NCBI GenBank assembly: GCA_963783575.1
Contig: CAWAOD010000014.1
Location: 464,002 to 528,001 of the forward strand
Direction: 5' to 3'
DNA from: an uncultured Spirochaetota bacterium
GTDB taxonomy: Bacteria > Spirochaetota > Brevinematia > Brevinematales > JAOACQ01
DNA: 64,000 nt
A model generated the notes under the pieces. It did not search any database, was not told where the DNA came from, and saw only the letters and a list, made by a program, of their open reading frames with translations. Shown piece after piece: positions 20,552-30,410 of this stretch (position 1 is its first letter; each line of letters opens with the position of its first letter). Both the position numbers and the translations under genes were made by a program.

Positions 20552-21856
20552 TCACTTTTCGCGTTTGTCGATGATCCTTTTCAGTTTCTTTCCCTCTGAG
20601 CGTTTTATGGTTTTTGGTTCTACAAGTGTAACTCTGGTCATAATGCTGAGAGTATCGTCAAGATGCTTTTGAAGTTTAAGCCGGAGGTCTTCTAACTTAC
20701 CGGGTTCGTCAAAGAAAGGATATTTATCCGATGCTTCAACCTGAATTTCAATTGTTTCAGCCCCTTCTTTCCTGTCGAGAATAATCTGGTAATGCGGCTC
20801 TATTCCTTCGATCTGAAGCATTGCTTCTTCAATCTGCGAAGGGAAGATATTGATTCCATCAATTATCATCATGTCGTCATTCCTGCCGCTTAACCTGTTC
20901 ATCCTGATAAGTGTTCTCCCGCAGCTGCATTTTCCTTCCATCAGTGAAGATATATCTCCGGTTCTATATCGTATCAGAGGAAAGCCCTGTTTTGTGATGG
21001 TAGTGAAAACCATTTCCCCTTCTTCCCCGAAGGAAAGAGGCTTTAATGTCTTCGGATCAATAATCTCAACAATAAAATGATCTTCATTGATATGCAGACC
21101 GTTTCTCATTTCGCACTCAAAGGAAACGCCCGGGCCGATAAGTTCAGTCAAACCGTAATTGTCATATGCTTTTATATGAAGGCTTTTCTCTATATTACTT
21201 CTAAGGTTATCGCTCCAGGGTTCGGCACCAAGAAGACCAGTTTTTAAATCGAGCTCCTCGGGATGCATATTCATTTCCTCAATAACTTTAGCTATATGAA
21301 GGGCATAACCAGGTGTACTTATAAGAGCTGTGGTTTTATAATCCTTCATAACCATAATCTGCCTGTTTATATTTTCACTTGAAGAGGGTATAACAGACGC
21401 ACCTATCTTTTCTGCACCGTAATGAAAGCCAAGGGCAGCAGAAGCCAGGCTGTAATTAAAAGCAATCTGAACAAAGTCATGCTCGGTTATATCCACAGCT
21501 GTTAACACTCTTGCAATGAGCGATGTCCATATCTGTAAATCGTTCCTTGTATAGCCGACAACTATCGGCTTGCCTGTTGTTCCCGAAGTTGAATGTATCC
21601 TGACTATATCTTTCAGTGGAACGGCGAACATATCATAAGGATAGCTTTTCCGCAGGTCCTCCTTTGTTGTAAAAGGAAGGTTTTGAATATCCTTAACGGA
21701 CTTTATATTTTCAATATTTATATTATTTCTGTCAAAAGAATTTCTGTAAAATGAGACATTCTGGTAAACCCTGTTCAAAGTTGTCTGAAGCCTTTCAACC
21801 TGGAGCTGTTCAAGGTCTTCCCTGCCCTGGCATTCATTGGTTTTATCATAAATCAT
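20552..21856 (-). CDS. paaK: Phenylacetate-CoA ligase family protein
   Basis: STSGTTGKP, YGLTELIGPG, RYRTGD, GRNDDM; start moved to the ATG following GGAGGG. Confidence 0.9.
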   Translation of the reverse strand: MIYDKTNECQGREDLEQLQVERLQTTLNRVYQNVSFYRNSFDRNNINIENIKSVKDIQNLPFTTKEDLRKSYPYDMFAVPLKDIVRIHSTSGTTGKPIVVGYTRNDLQIWTSLIARVLTAVDITEHDFVQIAFNYSLASAALGFHYGAEKIGASVIPSSSENINRQIMVMKDYKTTALISTPGYALHIAKVIEEMNMHPEELDLKTGLLGAEPWSDNLRSNIEKSLHIKAYDNYGLTELIGPGVSFECEMRNGLHINEDHFIVEIIDPKTLKPLSFGEEGEMVFTTITKQGFPLIRYRTGDISSLMEGKCSCGRTLIRMNRLSGRNDDMMIIDGINIFPSQIEEAMLQIEGIEPHYQIILDRKEGAETIEIQVEASDKYPFFDEPGKLEDLRLKLQKHLDDTLSIMTRVTLVEPKTIKRSEGKKLKRIIDKREK

Positions 21857-22004
21857 ACTATCCCTCCTGCAACATGATGTTGCCAAGCGTGCCGCTTGAT
21901 CTATATTATATCAACAGTAACGCAATATTATATATAAATAAATTTTACCTCGTTATGTAGAGCATTATAAAGATCAAACATCATGTTTGCAAATGGCACG
22001 CCTG

Positions 22005-22739
22005 TTATTCCGCGATTGACTTATATTCTTTTCCAAGGTAAGCCCTCTGAACATCATGGTTATTCAGAAGCTCCTCGTTTGAACCTTCCAGAATAAGGCT
22101 TCCTGTTTCCATAACATATCCCCTGTTTGCGATCTTTAAAATCGCCTTGGCGTTCTGCTCCACAACAAGAATGGTCTTGCCTTTGTCCCTGAGCTTTTCA
22201 ATAACCCGGAAAATGTCTCTAATAACAAGCGGAGCCAGGCCCATTGAAGGTTCGTCCATCATAATCAAATCAGGACGGGACATAAGAGACCGTCCTATCG
22301 CCAGCATCTGCTGTTCACCACCGGACAAAGTGCCTGCAAGCTGTTTTTCCCTTTCCATAAGCCTGGGAAATAAAGAATAAACATTTTTAAGTTCATCTTT
22401 AATTTTATCCTGTTCCCTTTTAGTATTCAATATATAACTGCCAAGTATAAGGTTTTCTTTGACTGTCATAGAAGCAAACAATTTTCTCCCTTCAGGTATC
22501 AAAGAACATCCCATCTCAACAATCTTTTCTATAGATGTCCTGGATATTTCTTTATCCTTAAAAAATATGCCGCCGGCAAAAGGCTTTATCAAGCCGGCCA
22601 GTGTATTGAGTAATGTAGATTTCCCGGCTCCATTAGCGCCGATTATAGCGACAATTTCCCCTTCCCTGATGTGGATAGAAATTCCCTTGAGTATGCGCAG
22701 GTCTCCGTATCCGGATTCCAGGTTTCTTACTTTAAGCAT
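22005..22739 (-). CDS. livF: HAAT (branched-chain amino acid type) ABC transporter ATPase
   Basis: GANGAGKST, LSGGEQQML, DEPSMGLAP. Confidence 0.9.
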   Translation of the reverse strand: MLKVRNLESGYGDLRILKGISIHIREGEIVAIIGANGAGKSTLLNTLAGLIKPFAGGIFFKDKEISRTSIEKIVEMGCSLIPEGRKLFASMTVKENLILGSYILNTKREQDKIKDELKNVYSLFPRLMEREKQLAGTLSGGEQQMLAIGRSLMSRPDLIMMDEPSMGLAPLVIRDIFRVIEKLRDKGKTILVVEQNAKAILKIANRGYVMETGSLILEGSNEELLNNHDVQRAYLGKEYKSIAE

Positions 22740-23496
22740 TCTCATCACCCAGATATATATTGATTACTTCCCTGTTTTTCTGAATATCGGCCGGTTTTCC
22801 CTCGGCTATTTTAATCCCAAAATTCAATACGACAATTTCATCCGAGATATCCATAACAAGCGACATATCATGCTCGACAATTAAAATCGTAATCCCTTTC
22901 TCCCTAATGCCGGCAATGATTTTTGCAAGCTTTTTGGTTTCGTATATATTCAGTCCAGATGCCGGCTCGTCAAGAAGGAGGAGCGAGGGTTCGCAGGCCA
23001 GGGCTCTTGCAAACTCAACCGATCTCTGTATTCCAAAAGGAAGGCTCCCTGCTTCCTTATCCAAATATTCCGAAATTCCAAGCATCTCTATTACGGTCAT
23101 TGCACTTTCACGTATTGATTTTTCCTCTTTCCAGGATCCGGGAAGATTGAGCATTCCCGAAAAGAATCCGGTCCTGCTTCGAATATGCCTGCCGATCATT
23201 ACATTCTCAAGTACAGTCATGTTCCTTGACAATTTTACGGTTTGGAAAGTACGAATGATTCGCTTTCCTGCAATTTGATATGGTTTTAATCCGGTAATAT
23301 TCTCATTTTGAAAGTTTATCCTGCCGTTAGACAATGGAAGACTGCCGGAAATAAGATTGAACAAAGTTGTTTTACCCGCCCCGTTCGGGCCTATTATTGC
23401 CTTTATTTTTCCCTTTTCTACTGAAAAACTGACACGGTTTACAGCATGAAGTCCGCCAAAATATTTGTCAATATCTAGTAATTCAAGAAACTGCAT
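22732..23496 (-). CDS. livG: HAAT ABC transporter ATPase
   Basis: FGGLHAV, GPNGAGKTT, DEPASGL, VEHDM. Confidence 0.9.
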   Translation of the reverse strand: MQFLELLDIDKYFGGLHAVNRVSFSVEKGKIKAIIGPNGAGKTTLFNLISGSLPLSNGRINFQNENITGLKPYQIAGKRIIRTFQTVKLSRNMTVLENVMIGRHIRSRTGFFSGMLNLPGSWKEEKSIRESAMTVIEMLGISEYLDKEAGSLPFGIQRSVEFARALACEPSLLLLDEPASGLNIYETKKLAKIIAGIREKGITILIVEHDMSLVMDISDEIVVLNFGIKIAEGKPADIQKNREVINIYLGDENA

Positions 23497-24571
23497 TTTT
23501 TTTACTCTTAATTTCAATATTTTTTTCAGGGCTTAATTTTTTTTGGTATGTTCTTATAAAACCATCTGGGGCAAAGATCATTACAAGAATGAGGATAGCC
23601 CCAAAAACAGCGTCGTCATATGTTCCGAACACTCCTCTCAGCGAGAGAAAATTCAGAATCAATCCCATAACAAGTGTTCCCCACAGATTAGCCATACCTC
23701 CAACTGCAACTATCGAAACATAGCGGATGCTTTTCATGACATTGGCTTCACCCGGACCTATGCTTCCGTTGAAATGGGTCATAAAAATACCAGCCGCTGC
23801 CGAGAAAATGGCTCCAATAACAAAAACATTCAATTTATAACCTGCTGTATTTATCCCCATGGATTCCGCCGCATCTTCGCTCCCGTGAATAGACCTCAAT
23901 GCCCTGCCAACCCTGGAATTAATCAGGTTTGTTAATATGATAAGCCCTATAACTATCACAGCCCAGGCTATTAAGAAATTCAAAATCCTATCAGACCTTT
24001 CCCCGCTAACTTTTATTCCCGGCAAAAGGGTAAAAGCCGGCACATTTGATATACCGTCAGCACCGCCGAATATTTTTGTTCCTCTTACAATTTTTTCAAT
24101 AATAACTCCGAATCCAAGAGTAGCCATTGCAAGATAATGGCCTTTTAATTTGAGAACGGGTATTCCTATTAAAAAAGCGATCACTGCCGTAAATATTATT
24201 GCTGCAATAAATCCTATCCATGGAGACAGGTAGAGTATTTTCTCGCCGTAAAGATTTTTGCCGGAGATAAAAACACCAATGCCCGTTAATAATTTAATAA
24301 ATGGAACATCCCACATCTTTATAAAATTTATTGTTGTTAATAATGCCGAAGTATAACCGCCAATCGCAAAAAAACCAGCCTGTCCCAGAGATATCTGGCC
24401 GGCATACCCCATAAGCAAACATAGTCCCAATGCTACCAAAACATAGTAAGCAGACATAGTCAATTGGGTTAGTAAAAAGTTAATTTTGAATAAAGAGGTA
24501 AGGATAGGCAGAATTATGATAAATACCGCAAGTAGCAATAACGGCTTATATCTTTTAATATTCATCTTCAA
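23483..24571 (-). CDS. livM: HAAT ABC transporter permease
   Basis: GYAGQISLGQAGF, GHYLAMATLG, SRVGRAL. Confidence 0.9.
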   Translation of the reverse strand: MKMNIKRYKPLLLLAVFIIILPILTSLFKINFLLTQLTMSAYYVLVALGLCLLMGYAGQISLGQAGFFAIGGYTSALLTTINFIKMWDVPFIKLLTGIGVFISGKNLYGEKILYLSPWIGFIAAIIFTAVIAFLIGIPVLKLKGHYLAMATLGFGVIIEKIVRGTKIFGGADGISNVPAFTLLPGIKVSGERSDRILNFLIAWAVIVIGLIILTNLINSRVGRALRSIHGSEDAAESMGINTAGYKLNVFVIGAIFSAAAGIFMTHFNGSIGPGEANVMKSIRYVSIVAVGGMANLWGTLVMGLILNFLSLRGVFGTYDDAVFGAILILVMIFAPDGFIRTYQKKLSPEKNIEIKSKKNAVS

Positions 24572-25657
24572 AACTCCTTAAGGGAGTTTGCTTCTTTAGA
24601 TCCGAAAATCCCGCTGGGTTTAATAAATAAGATAAGAAGCAGAATACCGATGCTGACTACATCTTTATAAGCTTCAGGGAAAATTATTATTGCATATGAT
24701 TCTATAACTCCCAGCAGCAAACCGGCAAAAACAGCCGCGACACTGTTTCCCAATCCGCCTAAAATTGCGACAGTAAAGCCTTTAATAGCCATTCCGGTAC
24801 CTATGGCATAATGAGTCTGTGTCAATGGAGCGACAACACATCCGGCAAGAGCGCCAATGCCTGCGCTTAAAGCAAAAGACAGGTTAACCATAGACTGGGG
24901 GTTTATGCCGCAAAGGCTTGCACCTTCGCGGTTTGCCGAACATCCCCTCATCGCCTGGCCGATAAGAGTGAATTTAAAAAACAAAGTCAAAAATGTAACG
25001 ATTAATATCGTAATACCTATCACCCATAAAATTTGAGGTGAAAAATGAGACTCCGAGAAAACTTACTGAAGAAACCTCATTCCCTGTAAAATATGGAACT
25101 GTCCTTACCGATTCTCCCCATATCTGCAGAGCAATTTCGCGTATGATTATAGATAAACCTATAGTGATCACAATCATCTGTAATACATTCGGCTTTTTCA
25201 TTTCCTGAAACATCTTCCTGAAAGTTTTGGAAAAAAACCAGAGGCCATTTATTAGAACCAGAGCCACTACTACCGAAAGTACTAAAACTGTAAAAAAGAC
25301 ATAAGAGGAATTTCCGGATTTATGGAATAGGATTGAAACGATTAATATAATCGAACCTGCCGTAATGATATTGATCTGTGTTAGGTTGGACTTGATCAGA
25401 CTTCTTATAAAAATCAATTCAATCAGTGAACCTATGCAGGCGGTTGCTAAAACCGCAATTATTACCGCAAAGATTAAAGCCATATGAGATGCTAATGAAT
25501 AGGCTATCATGCTGCCTAGCATGGCAAATTCGCCCTGAGCAAAATTAATTATACCGGTTGAATTATAAATAATATTAAAACCAATAGCGATAATAGCATA
25601 AATACTGCCATATGTCAAACCAGAAAAAAAGTACTGGAGCAATAAATCAAAAGACAT
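24568..25657 (-). CDS. livH: HAAT ABC transporter permease, frameshifted at the A5 run 25041-25045
   Basis: GSIYAIIAIGF...NFAQGE N-terminus and GQAMR...GGLG C-terminus in two frames; removing one base restores GVSFSPQILWVIG. Confidence 0.85.
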
Positions 25658-25681
25658 ATATTCCCCCCATCGTCAATGCTT

Positions 25682-25755
25682 CCCTTCGACCTGTCTGCCG
25701 TCTACCTGCCGGAAACCCCGGCGTAGGCAGGCCAGGCAGGCAAGCTCAGGGCAGG
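25682..25755. repeat. Triple-nested REP-like palindrome
   Basis: CCCTTCGA[CCTGTCTGCC..[CCTGCC...GTAGGCAGG]..CCAGGCAGG]CAAGCTCAGGGCAGG. Confidence 0.8.
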
Positions 25756-25894
25756 TTTAGCTCAGTAAGGTGTATCAGGGCAGGCTCCTTTTGTTTCACT
25801 ACAGAATCCGGCGGCAAGCTTCATTAGCCCATATATTGCCGCTGTGACTAAAACTCTGTGTCTCTAAGCCTCAGCGTCAAACTCAGCGCTTTGA

Positions 25895-27049
25895 TTAATC
25901 CTTATAAATTGCAAATTTACCGTTCTTAATGGTAAGCATTTCCAGAGCGTCAATAGTTAAACCGTTATGGTCTTCTTTAGAAAAATTGAAAATTCCCGCC
26001 GTTCCGGATAAATTTTTAATGTTTTCTATCGCATCGACTATTTTATCTTTGTCCGTGCTTTTTGCTGCTTCAATTGCTGTTTTTAATATTAGAAGCGCAT
26101 CATAAGCATGCCCGCCGAATGTGCTAGGATCTTCATTATACAGTTTCTTATAGTCGCTTGAGTATTTTTTAAGAAGTTTTTTTTGAGGGTTTGAGTCAGG
26201 CAGATCATTCGCAACCAGAAGCCTTCCGCAAGGAAAAATTATCCCTTCCGCCGCTTCGCCCGCAGCCTGAACATATTGGATATTACCGAATCCATGGCTT
26301 AAAAACAAAGGCATTTTCATGTTAAGCTGTCTCATATTCTTGGGTACAATGGATTGGGCAGGTTCGACAGACCAGTTAACAACAGCCTGAATTCCTGCCG
26401 CATTCACTTTTGTCATAAGAGCGGAAAGATCGGTCGCATCCTTATCATATTCTTCGGCTATAACTATTGTAATACCGTTAGCCGCAGCCAACTTATCGAG
26501 ATTTGCCTTTCCATCTTTTCCGAAACCTGTATTCGATGTAACCACCCCGATTTTACTTATACCTTTCTTTTTCATTGTTTTATAAACCCATTCAACAACC
26601 ATACTAGTATTTTGAGGAGTTTTAAATACATATTTTGCAAGGGGAGTGACAATTGAATCCGCTGCAGCGCATGAAAGAAGAGGCATCTGTGCCTGCTGGC
26701 ATAAGTCTTTAATTGCCATTGTTTCGCCGCTTCCTGACGGTCCGATGATTGCTATGACATTTTCTTCTTCAATAAGTTGTTTTGCAAAAGACAGCGCATT
26801 TTCGGGTTTGGAACCGGTATCTTTTACAATTAATTCAACTTTCATTCCATTAATACCGCCGTTCTTGTTTATATCATCCACAATCATTCTTGCGGTCTTA
26901 TCCTCAGGAGCACCGAGAAGAGAGTTCGGACCGGTAACAGCGAAAAGCGCTCCGATTTTTATCACGTTGTCCTTTGCCCATGTTAGTGAAATGAAAGATA
27001 TAATGAGCAGGCTTAAAGCAAGTACTCTGTTAATTTGCCGAATTTTCAT
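25895..27049 (-). CDS. HAAT ABC transporter substrate-binding protein (LivJ/K-like)
   Basis: Signal peptide, IKIGA...TGP, YDAL, GxFNFSKEDH; start chosen after AGGAGG. Confidence 0.88.
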   Translation of the reverse strand: MKIRQINRVLALSLLIISFISLTWAKDNVIKIGALFAVTGPNSLLGAPEDKTARMIVDDINKNGGINGMKVELIVKDTGSKPENALSFAKQLIEEENVIAIIGPSGSGETMAIKDLCQQAQMPLLSCAAADSIVTPLAKYVFKTPQNTSMVVEWVYKTMKKKGISKIGVVTSNTGFGKDGKANLDKLAAANGITIVIAEEYDKDATDLSALMTKVNAAGIQAVVNWSVEPAQSIVPKNMRQLNMKMPLFLSHGFGNIQYVQAAGEAAEGIIFPCGRLLVANDLPDSNPQKKLLKKYSSDYKKLYNEDPSTFGGHAYDALLILKTAIEAAKSTDKDKIVDAIENIKNLSGTAGIFNFSKEDHNGLTIDALEMLTIKNGKFAIYKD

Positions 27050-27246
27050 TTTAATCCTCCTATATCCATTATTCAAATTTTAAATACCAACCATATCTAC
27101 CGGTGAGTCGGAAATCATGAAAATAAACTTCGGATATTCTAAAAGGGGGAAAAGAAATTTGCAAAAAAACTGGTGGCTTAAAATAAAATTTGCCTGGTAA
27201 AAATAATTTTATTCTGATATAATAATTAATATTGAATGGAGTTACT

Positions 27247-28116
27247 ATGATATCAAAATCCACTTTAATTCATTTGCGGATTCCATTTTCATATTTTCTT
27301 ATGCCTGTTTTTTTTCTTTCGATAAGCCTCTCTGCTAAACTGGATATTTCAAGGACAATCCTGGCCTTTTTTATATTACATTTGTTTTTATATCCAGCCA
27401 GTAATTCTTTCAATTCTTATTATGACAGAGACACCGGAAGCATCGGCGGGTTAAAGCATCCTCCGCAGGTTGAAAAAGATCTTATTTTTGTATCACTAGT
27501 TTTTGATTTGATAGCTGTATTACTCGGGTTTTTAATCGACTGGATATTTGCTCTGGCTGTATTCGCTTACGGTCTCGCTTCAAAGGTTTATAGTTTTGAT
27601 AAAATCAGGCTGAAAAAATACCCGGTAATAAGCTGGCTTGGAACCGGAATAATCCAGGGTGGATTTACTTTCCTGACGGTTTATTATGCCGCTAATGGAA
27701 GAAATTTTGGCAGTCTTTTTAAAACTGAAATCATTATTCCCGCTGTATTATGCAGTGCTTTCCTTCTTGCAAGCTACCCGATGACTCAAATCTATCAGCA
27801 TGATGAAGACGGGCAGCGGGGTGATATTACTATCAGTATCCTTCTCGGTATAAAAGGAACATTTAAATTTACATCATTTTTCTTTGCACTGGTTACAGCC
27901 GGATTTTTTATTTTTTACAATTATTATTTCGGCTTATTATATGCCGTTATGTTTATCATATTCCAAATCCCTGTATTTATCTATTTTATCATATGGATGG
28001 CAAGGACATTCAAAGACAACTCAAAAGCCGATTATACTTCAACAATGCTTTTGAACTTTATGTCCTCAACTTTCATGAATTTATTCTGTTTATTATTCAT
28101 ATTTATTAAGAAATAA
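27247..28116 (+). CDS. UbiA-family prenyltransferase
   Basis: NSYYDRD and YQHDEDGQRGD aspartate-rich motifs; multi-TM. Confidence 0.85.
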   Translation: MISKSTLIHLRIPFSYFLMPVFFLSISLSAKLDISRTILAFFILHLFLYPASNSFNSYYDRDTGSIGGLKHPPQVEKDLIFVSLVFDLIAVLLGFLIDWIFALAVFAYGLASKVYSFDKIRLKKYPVISWLGTGIIQGGFTFLTVYYAANGRNFGSLFKTEIIIPAVLCSAFLLASYPMTQIYQHDEDGQRGDITISILLGIKGTFKFTSFFFALVTAGFFIFYNYYFGLLYAVMFIIFQIPVFIYFIIWMARTFKDNSKADYTSTMLLNFMSSTFMNLFCLLFIFIKK

Positions 28117-28218
28117 AATTGACAAAAGAAAAAGTTTATACTATATTTTTATAACTTATCCCTGCGGCAGGTATATGCTTTAAGAATAAACCAGGCTTAT
28201 AAAAAGAAGGAGAAGGAT

Positions 28219-28779
28219 ATGAAAGAATATGTTATATGTAAATCCTGCGGATTTATTATGGAAAAAGGTTCATTAAAAGATAAATGCCCGGCTTGTGGAG
28301 TACAGGCAAAAATGTTTGAGCCGTATATTGAAAAAGTATCACCACGCAGAAAATTCATACTTTCACTGGATATTCATCCGGTTCTTGTTCATTTCCCGCA
28401 AGCCTTTGTTGTTACGATATTTATAATGACAATTCTAATATTACTGGTAAAAGGGGATCTGCAAAACAGCCTGAAAACAACGGTTACGGTATTATCATTC
28501 TGCCTTCCCTATGTTGTTGCCATAGCCATACTGGCAGGTTTATATGACGGACAGATCCGTTTCAAAAGGGTTACAACCCCGCTCCTGATAAAAAAAATCA
28601 TTCTTGGATCATTATTTTTCCTGTTTTCAATTGCCGCTCTTTTACTCACTCAGATCATAAAGCTTGAAACAGATGTTTCGATTTATCTGTTTCTATGTTC
28701 AATAACCGGCGGATTAATTTGCGGCAGTCTTTTGGGGTTGCTCGGTTCAAAATTAATTAACGCCAAATTTCCCGGGTAG
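28219..28779 (+). CDS. Rubredoxin-like domain fused to a DUF2231-like membrane domain
   Basis: CKSCG...CPACG; HPVLVHFP; four TM segments. Confidence 0.8.
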   Translation: MKEYVICKSCGFIMEKGSLKDKCPACGVQAKMFEPYIEKVSPRRKFILSLDIHPVLVHFPQAFVVTIFIMTILILLVKGDLQNSLKTTVTVLSFCLPYVVAIAILAGLYDGQIRFKRVTTPLLIKKIILGSLFFLFSIAALLLTQIIKLETDVSIYLFLCSITGGLICGSLLGLLGSKLINAKFPG

Positions 28780-28781
28780 GA

Positions 28782-29953
28782 TCAATTTTTATTCGACAAA
28801 TTTTTTTCCATTTCATTCAAGCTATTTATTACAATAGGATCTTCTATCACTGACTCAATATATCTGCTATTGTCCAGGTTCAGATCAATATTGAGAGGAT
28901 ATTTAATAATTTCCTTTCTTTGATTTAATAAAACTCTTACAAATGGAGTAAGTGTAAATTCATTATTATTATCAGTTACTTCGGCTATCTCCCTTGTATT
29001 GAGAAGGACAAAATCCCCCTGATTGAGGATATTTTTTTCGGTAAGATGTTCCGGTATATGATTTATAAACATTCTGGCTATTTTTGGAGAAAAACTCTTA
29101 GATATTTCCTTGTTGATTTCTATTAATGCAAACCAGAAGGGCTTTGCAGGTTTATAAGACCTGGCTGAAGTTATAGCGTCAAAAAAATCCGCTACGCTTA
29201 CAATTTGAGCCAATTCGGTAATTTCCTCGTTTTTTTTACCGAGGGGATAGCCTGTGCCTGAAATTTTCTCATGATGGGACAAAACTATTTCCAGAACGGG
29301 TAGATTATATGAACTGGTAGATTTCAAAATTTCATAGCCGTAAACAGGGTGCTTTTTCATAATTTCAAATTCAGCAGCATTGAGTTTTGCCGGTTTGTTT
29401 AATATTTCAACCGGTATTAGAATTTTACCGAGATCATGAAGTAAACCGGCAGTCCCGATTATTTTCATTATATCATCTGAATAGTTCAATTTTTTTGCAA
29501 GAATAATTGATAGAAGGGAAACATTTATTGAATGAGTATAAGTATAATCATCGTAATCCTTCAGATCCAGAAGATTCAGTATTGTCCCCTTTCCAATATT
29601 GATATTTCCAATAAAATCATCAATTACCGCATTAATTTCTTTTGTAGGAAGCGGTCCTTTGTTTTTAACAATATTTTCTATTTCATGAGTTACATCAATC
29701 GCATTGTTCATTACAGATTCATCCGGCATCAAATTTTGCCCTTTTGTTTTTCCATTTAAAGCAGCGCGGGTATAAAATATATCTTTGATATTTCTCCGTT
29801 TTCCGTTCCATGATAATTTCTTCAGGAATCGGTTTTCCGCCATCCCAGATCTTTTTCCCCGCTTTCAGTAAAAACATCACCTTTTAATAAGATATTGGGA
29901 TACAGAAAATCAACTTTTAACTCAATCATCTTGTCTTTTTGTCTTTGATCCAT
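28782..29953 (-). CDS. HD-GYP c-di-GMP phosphodiesterase; N-terminus broken by two 1-nt frameshifts (about 29854 and 29800)
   Basis: YTYTHS, LLHDLGK, HHEKISGTGYP; upstream frames reconstruct ELKVDFLYPNILLKGDVFTESGEKIWDGGKPIPEEII. Confidence 0.85.
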
Positions 29954-30021
29954 AATTCACTCATTTATTAATATTTATCTCATAGTAATTATTCAGCTTG
30001 CCCTGGCAAAACGCAATCTTT

Positions 30022-30345
30022 TCAAGCTTCTTCAACGCTGCAGCGAAGCGGAAATTGTCTTTCCTTAGCCATATTATGAACATCGGCGATCTTAGTAACG
30101 GCAATATCATATGTAAATATCCCTGCAATACCCATGCTTTTGTTATGAACTTCAAGCATTATTTTAGTCGCCTCCGCGGCTGGTTTATGAAAAATCTTAA
30201 TAATTACTTCTACGACAAAATCCATTGTTGTATAATTATCGTTATGAATAATTACTTTATATAGCTTTGGTTTCTTAATATCCGGTTTCGGAATAACCCG
30301 GATTTCACTTTTGTTGATGATTTCATCATTATTTTTATCAGGCAT
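30022..30345 (-). CDS. clpS: Clp protease adaptor ClpS
   Basis: PKLYKVIIHNDNYTTMDFVV, MLEVH, FPLRC. Confidence 0.95.
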   Translation of the reverse strand: MPDKNNDEIINKSEIRVIPKPDIKKPKLYKVIIHNDNYTTMDFVVEVIIKIFHKPAAEATKIMLEVHNKSMGIAGIFTYDIAVTKIADVHNMAKERQFPLRCSVEEA

Positions 30346-30410
30346 TTTTACCGCTCCTGAGTCTATTTAATTCAAAAGACCCGATTAATAAATTATAATC
30401 AGGCTCTTGA

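Noticed and set aside
25612..25827. Short ORFs over repeat mosaics (25612-25827, 33605-33793, 33649-33834, 50017-50262)
   Set aside because: They are translations of GC-rich palindromic repeats with no protein-family features.
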